Shown here in pieces: positions 17,823 through 27,440 of a DNA stretch of 64,000 nucleotides. The stretch is taken from assembly GCA_049522195.1 (NCBI GenBank), contig JBEKOB010000011.1, positions 6-64,005 on the forward strand. Reading direction: 5' to 3'. The notes beneath the pieces were generated by a model, which was given only the letters and a program-made list of their open reading frames with translations, did not search any database and had not been told where the DNA came from. This stretch comes from Bacteroidota bacterium (lineage in GTDB: Bacteria; Bacteroidota; Ignavibacteria; UBA10030). How positions within the stretch are numbered: the first letter of the stretch is position 1; each line of letters starts with the position of its first letter. A program made the translations under genes and the position numbers.

Positions 17823-18578
17823 ATGAAGAAATCTTTTGATCTTACAGGCAAAGTGGCAATCGTCACCGGCGGCTTCAGAGGCCTGGGGCGCGGCATGGCG
17901 ATCGGTCTGGCAGAAGCCGGGGCCGACATTGCCCTCGTCGACCGGGAAGAGGCAACAGAGACTGCCGCAGTGATCAAAGCGTTGGGTCGAAAAGCACTGG
18001 CTCTCACTGCCGACCTGATGTCTATCGACCCTATTCCATTGCTCGTGCAAAAAACGATCGATACGTTTGGCAAGGTCGATATTCTTGTAAACAACGCGGG
18101 GACGATCCGGAGGACCCCGGCCATCGATTATTCGGAGAAGGACTGGGATGACATTATGGCGGTGAACGCCAAGACGGTGTTCTTCTTCAGCCAGGCAGTG
18201 GCACGTGACATGATGAAACGGAAATCGGGTAAGATCATCAACATCGCGTCCCTTCTGAGTTTCCAGGGAGGAATATTCGTTCCGGCCTATTCCGCGAGCA
18301 AGGGAGCTGTTGCGCAAGTGACGAAAGCTCTTGCAAACGAATGGGCTTCACTTGGAATCAACATCAACGCAATTGCTCCCGGGTACATGGCAACGGATAA
18401 CACGAAAGCATTGCGCGAAGACGCTGCCCGGTCGAAAGCAATCCTCGATAGGATTCCGGCTGGTCGATGGGGAATACCCGAGGACTTGGCTGGTGTGGCA
18501 GTATTTCTCGCTTCCCCCGCATCCGATTATGTAAACGGCCACGTGCTCATTGTGGACGGCGGCTGGATGGCGCGTTAG
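17823..18578 (+). CDS. kduD: 2-dehydro-3-deoxy-D-gluconate 5-dehydrogenase (SDR)
   Basis: Classical SDR blocks TGGFRGLG, NNAG and YSASK. 251 aa. Sits next to kduI and an unsaturated uronyl hydrolase. Confidence 0.75.
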   Translation: MKKSFDLTGKVAIVTGGFRGLGRGMAIGLAEAGADIALVDREEATETAAVIKALGRKALALTADLMSIDPIPLLVQKTIDTFGKVDILVNNAGTIRRTPAIDYSEKDWDDIMAVNAKTVFFFSQAVARDMMKRKSGKIINIASLLSFQGGIFVPAYSASKGAVAQVTKALANEWASLGININAIAPGYMATDNTKALREDAARSKAILDRIPAGRWGIPEDLAGVAVFLASPASDYVNGHVLIVDGGWMAR

Positions 18579-18631
18579 CTGCACGCATAAAAACACAAAC
18601 GCATCAAACCTTGAGAGACGAACGGATCGCC

Positions 18632-19801
18632 ATGAGGGTTGTCCCATACATTGTGATGGCGCTCGTGATCGCACCGCAGTGGGCAATCCCGCAAAGCCTC
18701 GATTCGTTGGTTGTGCACGCTCTGATGTTTGCCGCCCAACAGACGAAGCGATCCGTTGATGAGATTCACGACGGCACGAAATTCGCGCGTTGTTCGCTTT
18801 CAGACGGATCTTGGAAGACGACTAACGCGCGCGAATGGACGAGTGGTTTCTTCCCAGGACTCCTTTGGTCTTTACACGACTACACGAAGGATCCAGCTTT
18901 CCGCACCGCTGCTGAGCGGTGGACAGCCGGTATGGTGAACGAGCAGTTCGATACCGGGACGCACGATCTGGGGTTTAAGGTTTTCGACAGTTACGGAATC
19001 GGATACCGGCTGTATCCAACCGATGAATACAAAAAAGTCATCCTACAGGCAGCGCAGACCCTGGCGAAGCGGTTCAATCCGACTGTCGGGTGTATCAAGT
19101 CGTGGGACAATCGCAGGTGGGAGTATCCGGTCATCATCGACAACATGATGAACCTTGAAATGCTTTTCTGGGCTGCAGAACATGGCGGCCCGAAGTACTT
19201 GCGTGAGATTGCCATCAAGCACGCAGGAACCACTATGAAGAACCATTTTCGTGTAGATGGCAGCACGTATCACGTGATCGGCTATGACACCACCAATGGT
19301 TCGGTCAAAGTCCGAAATACGCACCAAGGATATGCGGATGAATCTGTCTGGGCGCGAGGGCAGGCTTGGGCGATCTACGGGTTCACGATGACATATCGAT
19401 TCACTCACGACAAACGATTTCTCCAGACGGCTGAACGAGCCGCGGACTATTTCATCGGCCATCTCCCCGCGGACTATGTTCCGTACTGGGATTTCATGGC
19501 CCCCGGGATTCCAAACGAACCACGCGATGTCTCCGCGGCCGCTATCACCGCATCTGCGCTATGTGAACTTTCCGAGTATGCAGTGAAGAAGACGCAACAA
19601 TCGACCTATCGAGAGGCTGCCGGGAGAATTCTACGATCGCTCTGCTACGCTCCGTATCTGGCTGAAGGAACGAAGTCGCATGCTGTCCTGAATCATGCTG
19701 TCGGCAGCAAGCCAGCAAATTCCGAAGTCGATGTCTCGATTATATACGCTGACTACTATTTTGTAGAAGCGATGCTCAGGTATCAGCGAAGCAAGCGTTA
19801 G
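18632..19801 (+). CDS. GH88-type unsaturated glucuronyl/uronyl hydrolase, secreted
   Basis: ORF 18467..19801 trimmed to ATG 18632 (signal-like MRVVPYIVMALVIAPQWA). Blocks WTSGFFPGLLW, HDLGF and IIDNMMNLEMLFWA. Confidence 0.7.
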   Translation: MRVVPYIVMALVIAPQWAIPQSLDSLVVHALMFAAQQTKRSVDEIHDGTKFARCSLSDGSWKTTNAREWTSGFFPGLLWSLHDYTKDPAFRTAAERWTAGMVNEQFDTGTHDLGFKVFDSYGIGYRLYPTDEYKKVILQAAQTLAKRFNPTVGCIKSWDNRRWEYPVIIDNMMNLEMLFWAAEHGGPKYLREIAIKHAGTTMKNHFRVDGSTYHVIGYDTTNGSVKVRNTHQGYADESVWARGQAWAIYGFTMTYRFTHDKRFLQTAERAADYFIGHLPADYVPYWDFMAPGIPNEPRDVSAAAITASALCELSEYAVKKTQQSTYREAAGRILRSLCYAPYLAEGTKSHAVLNHAVGSKPANSEVDVSIIYADYYFVEAMLRYQRSKR

Positions 19802-19873
19802 ATCGTTTGTGAGTGAGTGGAAAAATTATGTACCAGGGATGATGTCTCAGATTTATTGAAAAGGAGAAGAACA

Positions 19874-20707
19874 ATGGACGTACGCTATTCGACAGATCCC
19901 AAGGGACTCCGGGGGATGACAACGGAAGAACTCCGGAGATCATTTCTGATCGATCATCTCTTTGTACCTGATGATGTGCCGATGGTCTATTCTGATATCG
20001 ATCGGTCCATCACGGGATCAGCTGTTCCAGTCAAAGGACCTCTGAAGCTCCTGGGAACCAAGAAGGAAATGGCGGCGGAGTATTTTGCGGAGAGAAGGGA
20101 AATCGGTGTCATCAACACAGGAGGTGAGGGAAGCATCGCCGTCGATGGGAAAGCCTATGCGATGGCGTACAAAGACGCTCTCTACATCGGACGTGGCGTG
20201 CGAACGATTGAGTTCTCCAGCCAGACCGCCGACAAGCCAGCGATGTTTTACTTCGTGAGCTATCCGGCTCACAAGGAATTTCCAACAACCCATGCCAAGT
20301 TCACTGATGCGGAGCCGGCACGACTGGGGAGTCAGAAAGACGCAAACAAACGCACGATCTACAAGTACATCCACCCCAACGGCATCAAGAGCTGCCAACT
20401 GGTCATGGGCCTGACCGAACTGGAAGAGGGGAGCGTGTGGAACACGATGCCGCCGCATACGCATCAGCGCAGATCGGAAGTATATATGTATTTCAACATT
20501 GAACCCGCCGCAATGATTGTGCATCTCATGGGCCAGCCTGAGGAGACACGACATCTCATGATGCGCAACCGGCAAGCTGTCCTCAACCCGAGCTGGTCGA
20601 TTCATGCAGGGGTGGGTACACAGAACTACACCTTTATCTGGGCTATGGGGGGTGAAAACCAAGTCTTTGACGACATGGATGGCGTCAAGGTGAACGACCT
20701 GGCGTAA
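19874..20707 (+). CDS. kduI: 5-dehydro-4-deoxy-D-glucuronate isomerase
   Basis: ORF 19817..20707 trimmed to ATG 19874, which follows AAGGAG. 277 aa, cupin-type, with the HTHQRRSEVYMYF block. Confidence 0.8.
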   Translation: MDVRYSTDPKGLRGMTTEELRRSFLIDHLFVPDDVPMVYSDIDRSITGSAVPVKGPLKLLGTKKEMAAEYFAERREIGVINTGGEGSIAVDGKAYAMAYKDALYIGRGVRTIEFSSQTADKPAMFYFVSYPAHKEFPTTHAKFTDAEPARLGSQKDANKRTIYKYIHPNGIKSCQLVMGLTELEEGSVWNTMPPHTHQRRSEVYMYFNIEPAAMIVHLMGQPEETRHLMMRNRQAVLNPSWSIHAGVGTQNYTFIWAMGGENQVFDDMDGVKVNDLA

Positions 20708-20751
20708 ACAGCGTGAGCCTCCAGACTCACCAATCATAGACAAAGGGAGAT

Positions 20752-22173
20752 ATGAAATCCAATCCTCGACTCATACTGAACGAAGACCGCTTCTTCGATC
20801 CGGCTCCGGCGATCAGGACCGTTGCACGGAAACTCTACCAATCCGTGAAGAATTTGCCAATCATCAGTCCGCATGGTCATGTTGATCCGAATATCTTCGT
20901 GGAGAACAAGCCGTTCCCAAACCCCACTGAGCTTTTTCTGGTTCCGGATCACTACATTTTCCGTATGCTCTACTCGCAGGGGATTTCGCACGAGTCCCTG
21001 GGGATTCCGGCACTCGACGGGTCGAGAGGCGAAACCGATGCACGAAAGATCTGGAAACTGTTTGGCGATCATTACTATCTCTTTCGCGGTACGCCGACCG
21101 GCGCATGGGTAAGTCACGAGTTTTCGGTTGTCTTTGGAATCAAGAAACGATTCACGGGTGCGACGGCACTCGATATTTACGATGAGATCAGCGCAAAACT
21201 TCAGTCGCCGAAATTCAGGCCCCGTGCATTGTTCGAGCGATTCAAAATAGCCGTTTTATCGACAACGGACGCAGCGACGGACACGCTTGAACCTCATCAG
21301 AAGCTCCACGCATCGGGATGGAAAGGGAACGTGATCCCGTGTTTCCGGCCGGATGGTGTTACGGATCTGAACAACCGGCATTGGCGGGCGAATGTTGAGC
21401 TGCTCGGTGAACGGACCCGGCTGGAAATTACGTCGTACCGCCGGTTCATCCAGGCGCTAGAAAACCGCCGGGCTTTTTTCAAGACCATGGGTGCCGTCTC
21501 GACCGATCACGGTGTCTTCTCGCCCGCGACGCATGAGTTGACAGAAGGAGAAGCAGAAAGAGTATTCCGAAAAGCGTTGCTTGGCCAATCAACAAAGGAC
21601 GATGCGGCTCTCTTCACGGCACATATGCTCATGGAGATGGCACGCATGAGCGTTGAGGACGGCCTGGTCATGCAAATCCATCCGGGATCCGACCGCAATC
21701 ACAACAAGAAGATTTATGAGAAGTACGGGCCGGACAAGGGATGTGATATTCCGATGCAGACTGAGTATACGCAAAACCTCAAGGAGCTTCTCAACAAGTA
21801 CGGCAATGATCCGCGATTGACAGTAATCGTCTTCACGCTGGATGAGACCACCTACTCGCGTGAACTTGCCCCTCTCGCCGGATACTACCCGGCGATGAAG
21901 CTCGGACCACCGTGGTGGTTCCACGACAGTATCGAGGGAATGACACGCTTCCGGACCATGGTCACTGAAACGGCTGGTATCTACAATACTGTCGGCTTTA
22001 ACGACGATACCCGTGCCTTTGTATCGATTCCCGCGCGACACGACTTGTCGCGGCGTGTCGACGCAAATTTCCTTGCCACCCTTGTGGCGAGACACATTGT
22101 GGACATGGACGAGGCGAAGGAGATGATCTATGACCTGGCGAACGGACTGGTGAAGAAAGCCTATAAACTGTAG
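20752..22173 (+). CDS. uxaC: Uronate (glucuronate/galacturonate) isomerase
   Basis: N-terminus LNEDRFFDP...LPIISPHGHVDP and about 470 aa are typical of UxaC. Confidence 0.85.
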   Translation: MKSNPRLILNEDRFFDPAPAIRTVARKLYQSVKNLPIISPHGHVDPNIFVENKPFPNPTELFLVPDHYIFRMLYSQGISHESLGIPALDGSRGETDARKIWKLFGDHYYLFRGTPTGAWVSHEFSVVFGIKKRFTGATALDIYDEISAKLQSPKFRPRALFERFKIAVLSTTDAATDTLEPHQKLHASGWKGNVIPCFRPDGVTDLNNRHWRANVELLGERTRLEITSYRRFIQALENRRAFFKTMGAVSTDHGVFSPATHELTEGEAERVFRKALLGQSTKDDAALFTAHMLMEMARMSVEDGLVMQIHPGSDRNHNKKIYEKYGPDKGCDIPMQTEYTQNLKELLNKYGNDPRLTVIVFTLDETTYSRELAPLAGYYPAMKLGPPWWFHDSIEGMTRFRTMVTETAGIYNTVGFNDDTRAFVSIPARHDLSRRVDANFLATLVARHIVDMDEAKEMIYDLANGLVKKAYKL

Positions 22174-22236
22174 TCCTCATCGCGGCATCAAGATCGATCG
22201 GGATTTCGCACACGAAACACAAAGGAGTATCCTGCT

Positions 22237-23508
22237 ATGACACCAACAGGCGAAGGACCCGTCAAGATTGGCAGCTACCGTTGGATGATTTGTGCATTGC
22301 TCTTTTTCGCGACAACGATCAACTATCTCGATCGAAACATCCTCGGCCTTCTTGCCCCGACGCTGCAGAAAGAGATCGGCTGGACTCCCATTCAGTATGG
22401 ATATATCACCATGGCCTTCCAGGCCGCCTATGCGATCGGGCTCGCTCTGTTCGGCTGGTTCATCGATCGGTACGGAACGAAAATCGGATACTCCATGTCA
22501 ATCATCGGGTGGAGCTTCGCGGCGATGGGGCATGCCCTGGCGTCTACGGTGTTCGGGTTTGGAGTTGCTCGTTCGCTCCTCGGACTCAGCGAGTCGGGAA
22601 ACTTTCCGGCTGCCATCAAAGCCACTGCCGAGTGGTTTCCCAAGAAGGAACGTGCGCTCGCAACCGGCATATTTAATTCCGGTGCGAACATCGGGGCTGT
22701 CGTTGCACCCGCAGTCGTACCATGGCTCACGGTGACGTACGGATGGCAAGCCTCATTCGTGTTCACAGGAGCCGTCGGGTTCGTCTGGCTTGTGTTCTGG
22801 ATCATATTCTATGAGAAACCCGAACACGCGAAGAAGCTGAAAAAGGAAGAACTCAACTATATTCTCAGCGATCCTATCGAGCAAGTCAGTGAAAAGGTCA
22901 AGTGGGTCGAGCTGCTCAAGTTTCGACAAACCTGGGCATTCGTGATCGGCAAATTCTTGACGGATCCGATCTGGTGGTTCTATCTCTATTGGCTGGCGCT
23001 GTTTCTCAATAATAACTTTGGACTTACACTCACGGGTCTGGCATTGCCGCTTATTGTCATCTACATGATGACAAGCATCGGCAGCATCGGCTTCGGCTAT
23101 CTCTCCGGTGCCATGATCAAACGGGGCATGGCGGTCAACAAGAGTCGCAGGCTCGCAATGCTGATTTGTGCCCTTCTGGTCGTCCCTGTCATCACCGCGG
23201 CGAGTGTAACCGATATGTGGCTCGCAATCATGATCATTGGCGTGGCGGCAGCGGCCCACCAGGGATGGTCGGCGAATATTTTCACAACCGCCTCCGATAT
23301 GTTCCCGAAGAAGGCGGTCGGCTCGGTTGTCGGACTCGGCGGATTTGCCGGATCTGTAGGGGGCATGATCTTGCTGACAAGCTCGGGATACATCGTGGAG
23401 GGGACGGGCAGCTATATTCCCCTTTTCATCATCTGCGGTTCCGCGTATCTGCTCGCGCTCGGGATCATGACGCTGCTGCTGCGAAATGCAAAACCTGTGG
23501 AACTCTAG
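22237..23508 (+). CDS. exuT: MFS hexuronate transporter
   Basis: 12-TM MFS protein. N-terminus YRWMICALLFFATTINYLDRNILG matches the ACS/ExuT subfamily. Uronate gene context. Confidence 0.75.
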   Translation: MTPTGEGPVKIGSYRWMICALLFFATTINYLDRNILGLLAPTLQKEIGWTPIQYGYITMAFQAAYAIGLALFGWFIDRYGTKIGYSMSIIGWSFAAMGHALASTVFGFGVARSLLGLSESGNFPAAIKATAEWFPKKERALATGIFNSGANIGAVVAPAVVPWLTVTYGWQASFVFTGAVGFVWLVFWIIFYEKPEHAKKLKKEELNYILSDPIEQVSEKVKWVELLKFRQTWAFVIGKFLTDPIWWFYLYWLALFLNNNFGLTLTGLALPLIVIYMMTSIGSIGFGYLSGAMIKRGMAVNKSRRLAMLICALLVVPVITAASVTDMWLAIMIIGVAAAAHQGWSANIFTTASDMFPKKAVGSVVGLGGFAGSVGGMILLTSSGYIVEGTGSYIPLFIICGSAYLLALGIMTLLLRNAKPVEL

Positions 23509-23526
23509 AAGGAAAAGGAAGAGATC

Positions 23527-24360
23527 ATGAATCTGGCAGAACTGACAAAACAATATGATTTCACCGACCGCACGATCGTCATTACCGGAGGAGGAGGTGT
23601 TTTGTGCGGAGAGATGGCGTGTGCGCTCGTCGGCTGTAACGCAAACGTCGCAATCCTTGATCGTGACCCCGCCCTCGCAGAGCGGGTCGTGCAACGGTTT
23701 GAAGGAATCAAAGGAAAGTACCTCGTGGCCAAGGGGGACGTGCTGGACAGGGAAAGCCTCGAATACGCTGCGGCGGAGGTCGTCAGTCACTTCGGACGGA
23801 TCGACTGTCTTATCAACGGAGCTGGAGGGAACAACCCGAAGGCGACCACCAGTCCCGAACAGTCGTTCTTCAGCCTGCCCGCTGACTCAATCAAGTTCGT
23901 CTCCGATCTTAACCTGCTGGGGACAGTTCTTCCGAGCCAGGTGTTTGGCCGATACATGGCGGAGCAGAAGGAGGGGATTATCCTGAATGTTTCGTCGATG
24001 AATGCGTTCCGCCCGTTGACGCGCATTCCAGCGTATTCGGCAGCGAAGGCTGCGGTAAGCAACTTCACGCAGTGGCTCGCAGTGCATATGGCGCAGGAGT
24101 ATTCGCCCAAAATCAGAGTGAACGCCATTGCCCCGGGATTTTTCCTCACAAACCAGAACAGGTTTCTGCTTACGGAGAAGGAAACAGGAGAGCTGACGGC
24201 CCGCGGGAAAAAAATCATTGATCACACGCCCATGGGGCGCTTCGGGACACCGGAGGATTTGCTCGGAGCGACGTTGTGGTTGCTTTCGCCGGCATCCGAG
24301 TTCGTCACCGGAATCGTTCTTCCGATCGATGGCGGGTTCGCGGCATACTCCGGGGTCTAG
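23527..24360 (+). CDS. uxuB: SDR-type fructuronate reductase / D-mannonate oxidoreductase (UxuB/YjmF-like)
   Basis: SDR blocks ITGGGGVLC, INGAGGN and YSAAK. About 277 aa with the long NNPKATTSPEQSFF insertion seen in YjmF-type enzymes. Uronate gene context. Confidence 0.6.
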   Translation: MNLAELTKQYDFTDRTIVITGGGGVLCGEMACALVGCNANVAILDRDPALAERVVQRFEGIKGKYLVAKGDVLDRESLEYAAAEVVSHFGRIDCLINGAGGNNPKATTSPEQSFFSLPADSIKFVSDLNLLGTVLPSQVFGRYMAEQKEGIILNVSSMNAFRPLTRIPAYSAAKAAVSNFTQWLAVHMAQEYSPKIRVNAIAPGFFLTNQNRFLLTEKETGELTARGKKIIDHTPMGRFGTPEDLLGATLWLLSPASEFVTGIVLPIDGGFAAYSGV

Positions 24361-24414
24361 AAAAGATACGTGGACAAGAAAGAGAATGACTCAATAAGTA
24401 CGAAGGAGCACGTG

Positions 24415-25497
24415 ATGAGCAATGAATTGAATGTTCGCCCGAACGGTGCACTGGATTTGGTTTCGCTGGGGGCCCTGGTACACAGGTTGGATACGGGGAT
24501 TATTCCCTTTCGGAAGGCCACACAATGCCAGATACACGTCAGCGGCGGTGAGTTCAACGTGGCTGCGAACCTTGCTGATTGTTTCCGGATGAACACCGGA
24601 ATCGCGACCGCCATGGTGGACTATCCAATCGGTGACCTGATAGCGGAGCGAGTGAAGGCGATGGGTGTGAAGCCGTTCTACAAGCACTTCAAACACAATG
24701 GTGTGAACGGGCCAAACATGGCCACCGTCTATAGCGATCAGGGGCATGGTGTGCGTCCACCGGTAGTGTTTTACAACCGATCCAATGAAGCGGCGGCGCA
24801 GTTGAAACCAGGCGATTTCGACTGGGAGGCGATCTTTGCCGGCGGCGTGCGCTGGTTTCATAGCGGTGGTATTTTCGCGGCCTTGTCGGCAACAACGGGG
24901 GAAGTGATCATCGAAGGAATGAAAGCCGCGAAAAAAGCAGGGGCTGTCGTCAGCTTTGATCTGAATTTCAGGGAAAAATTGTGGAATATCTGGGGAGGCT
25001 CACAGAAAGCAGTCGAAGTTGTCGGTCGCATTGTTCAGAATGTGGATGTCCTTGTTGGAAACGAGGAAGACCTTCAAAAAGGTTTGGGCATTCCGGGCCC
25101 GGAGGTGGCGGCATCGTCGTCACTCGACCCAAAGACATTCTTTGGTATGATTGAAAAAGTCATTGCAAAGCATCCGCAGGTCAAAGCCGTTGCAACAACC
25201 CTGCGTGAAGTACATTCGACCAATCGCCACAGCTGGTGTGCCGTGGCATGGGTCAACGGAAAGACGTACATTGCACCGCCTTGTGAGCTGGATGTGCTTG
25301 ACCGCGTGGGTGGAGGCGATGGGTTTGCCAGCGGCTTTATCTACGGTCTGCTGGCTGGCGAGTCGCCTGAGGAAGCCGTCAAGCTGGGATGGGCACATGG
25401 TGCTCTGCTGACGACAACCCCCGGTGACACGACCATGGTGACGCTCGAACAGGTTCGGGCGTTTGCAAAAGGGGGCTCGGCGCGCATCCAGCGTTAG
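24415..25497 (+). CDS. kdgK: 2-dehydro-3-deoxygluconokinase (PfkB family)
   Basis: ORF 24370..25497 trimmed to ATG 24415, which follows AAGGAG. PfkB C-terminal block DRVGGGDGFASGF. Confidence 0.7.
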   Translation: MSNELNVRPNGALDLVSLGALVHRLDTGIIPFRKATQCQIHVSGGEFNVAANLADCFRMNTGIATAMVDYPIGDLIAERVKAMGVKPFYKHFKHNGVNGPNMATVYSDQGHGVRPPVVFYNRSNEAAAQLKPGDFDWEAIFAGGVRWFHSGGIFAALSATTGEVIIEGMKAAKKAGAVVSFDLNFREKLWNIWGGSQKAVEVVGRIVQNVDVLVGNEEDLQKGLGIPGPEVAASSSLDPKTFFGMIEKVIAKHPQVKAVATTLREVHSTNRHSWCAVAWVNGKTYIAPPCELDVLDRVGGGDGFASGFIYGLLAGESPEEAVKLGWAHGALLTTTPGDTTMVTLEQVRAFAKGGSARIQR

Positions 25498-25601
25498 TCC
25501 ATCCGAACACGTGAATCCGGCAGTATCAGGAGACGTTCCACTTGCAAAGAACTTGAAAACTATCATCATGATGATCAACCCAGCAATGCGGAGGAAAGGC
25601 A

Positions 25602-26393
25602 ATGGCTGAATTCGAAAAACACCTGTATATGATTGTTTTCCCCATCAACGCGCTTGTCGCTTCTCAGTTGAAGCCGAAAGAGTTTGCCGAGCACTATACT
25701 ATCGGCAGCGCCAAGCACTACAAGGGGAAGGTCATTTTCGTGGAGGTTGACATCAATTTCCGGAACCCTTATTTCGATATTGATCACTATCTCGAGCTGA
25801 CTGTTTCGCACCCGGATGGCCGTCCGAAGAAGACCAAATTCATCTCGTCCTACGCCGTGCTCGAGCATGTCGAACTGAAGGCGATGAAGAACCTCTACCT
25901 GGTTACGGCAAACGGCAAGTCGTTGGAACTCGCCGCAAAACCGTACGATGCTGTGAACGAAGCTGGACTGGTGCGCATCTATCAGGAAATGACCCCGCTG
26001 ACCAACCTCATTGCATCGACGCTGGACCAGCGCTCGTTTGGGAAATACATCACGACGGAGACGAAGTCCAAGGGCGCGCCAAAGATCTGTTTCACGCAAT
26101 ATGATTTTAACGTTTCCGAGTTCCTGGAAAAGAACAAGAACCGTGAAATCATGTACTCCCCGATTCCGGAAACCAATCCGTCGCGCATTTATGACTATCT
26201 CCTGGAATTGAAGGCGGATATGTCCAAAAAAACAAAAACGATCAGCCTGAGCACAACGCTCGTTGAAGCTTCGTATTCGCTGATTAAACATGGATTCTGG
26301 TTTGCTGCGCCGGGCGAGTTGCTGTTCTATCCGATGCCTTCGCATGACGATCTGGAGAACAAATATTACGACTGGTGGAGGTTTGTCCGGTAA
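25602..26393 (+). CDS. Hypothetical protein, unrecognised family (paralog A)
   Basis: 263-aa ORF behind RBS GGAGGAAAGG. Clearly paralogous to the next gene: HLYMIVFPINALVASQLKPKEF vs HLYMLCYRFEALVASHLEPEAF; KKTKFISSYAVLEHV vs KRSKYISVYRVLEHL; KKTKTIS vs KKTKTVS; YYDWWRF vs YAKWWRS. Confidence 0.7.
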   Translation: MAEFEKHLYMIVFPINALVASQLKPKEFAEHYTIGSAKHYKGKVIFVEVDINFRNPYFDIDHYLELTVSHPDGRPKKTKFISSYAVLEHVELKAMKNLYLVTANGKSLELAAKPYDAVNEAGLVRIYQEMTPLTNLIASTLDQRSFGKYITTETKSKGAPKICFTQYDFNVSEFLEKNKNREIMYSPIPETNPSRIYDYLLELKADMSKKTKTISLSTTLVEASYSLIKHGFWFAAPGELLFYPMPSHDDLENKYYDWWRFVR

Positions 26394-26407
26394 ACACGAA
26401 GTGGCTG

Positions 26408-26447
26408 TGGCGTACAATCCTCGTACGCCATCCGTACAATAGTTTTG
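26408..26447 (+). terminator. Weak hairpin/attenuator between the two paralogs
   Basis: TGGCGTAC-AATCCTC-GTACGCCA, a perfect 8-bp stem. A short T-run (AGTTTTG) lies about 11 nt downstream. Confidence 0.3.
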
Positions 26448-26508
26448 TCCTTAATCACCGTTCACCAAGCTGTACGACCGACACGGTCGGTTAGTTCCGG
26501 AGGTTGTT

Positions 26509-27282
26509 ATGAACATACACTTGTACATGCTCTGCTATCGTTTCGAAGCGCTTGTCGCGTCCCATCTTGAGCCTGAAGCATTCGGTCGCTACATGGCGAT
26601 TGGTACGCAAAAGAACACACGGGGGAACGTGCTGTTTTTTGAGATCGATCCTTCTTTGAAAAGCGACTATTTCAGGATGGACGACCTCCAGGAACGGTGC
26701 GCACCCCACATGGACGGCAGTCCGAAACGCAGTAAATATATCTCTGTGTACAGAGTTCTCGAACATCTTCCCCTCTCTTCGTTCGGGAAGCTCCATCTCT
26801 GCACGGCAGATGGGCGCGTCCTGTCCCTCGATTCTTCCTCGTACGATGTGAAGACCGAAAAGCCGGGGTCCAATCTCTATGAAGAACTCTGTCCCGTCTA
26901 CCCGCTTGTCGTTTCGGCGCTTCCGCCGTCGGGATTCCTGAAGTTTATGACCGATCCGAAGAATCCGGTCAACGTCCCGCGCCTCTTTTTCGTCGATATG
27001 CTTCTCGACCGGGACGAAAGCGGCATGCTTGCAGGATATCTCCCATATCAGGATCCCCTGCACCTTATCGACTGCGTCAACGATCTGGAAAAGGGGGGCG
27101 ACAAGAAAACCAAGACGGTTTCACGGTCGCCGCGTCACCACGCATTCTTCAGAACCATCCGTCGCGGGTTTTTCATCGGCGATCAGACCGGCATGAAGTA
27201 TTACGAATTCCCCGATCGCCGCGCGCTGGAAGTCGAGTATGCGAAATGGTGGAGATCGGCTTCGGAGAGCCTCGTTTCGTAA
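26509..27282 (+). CDS. Hypothetical protein, unrecognised family (paralog B)
   Basis: 257-aa ORF behind RBS GGAGG. Collinear similarity to paralog A along the whole length. Confidence 0.7.
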   Translation: MNIHLYMLCYRFEALVASHLEPEAFGRYMAIGTQKNTRGNVLFFEIDPSLKSDYFRMDDLQERCAPHMDGSPKRSKYISVYRVLEHLPLSSFGKLHLCTADGRVLSLDSSSYDVKTEKPGSNLYEELCPVYPLVVSALPPSGFLKFMTDPKNPVNVPRLFFVDMLLDRDESGMLAGYLPYQDPLHLIDCVNDLEKGGDKKTKTVSRSPRHHAFFRTIRRGFFIGDQTGMKYYEFPDRRALEVEYAKWWRSASESLVS

Positions 27283-27440
27283 TTACGATTCTCTGGGAAG
27301 GATTGTATTCTTGTTCACCACACAAACCCATGATAACAGCAAACCTTCAGGATCGTCCCGGCTTTGGCCGGTGCAAGCCCCGATGCAGCGTTGTCAGGGT
27401 ATAACCGTACCAACGACATACACAAGCAGTCTAACGAGAA

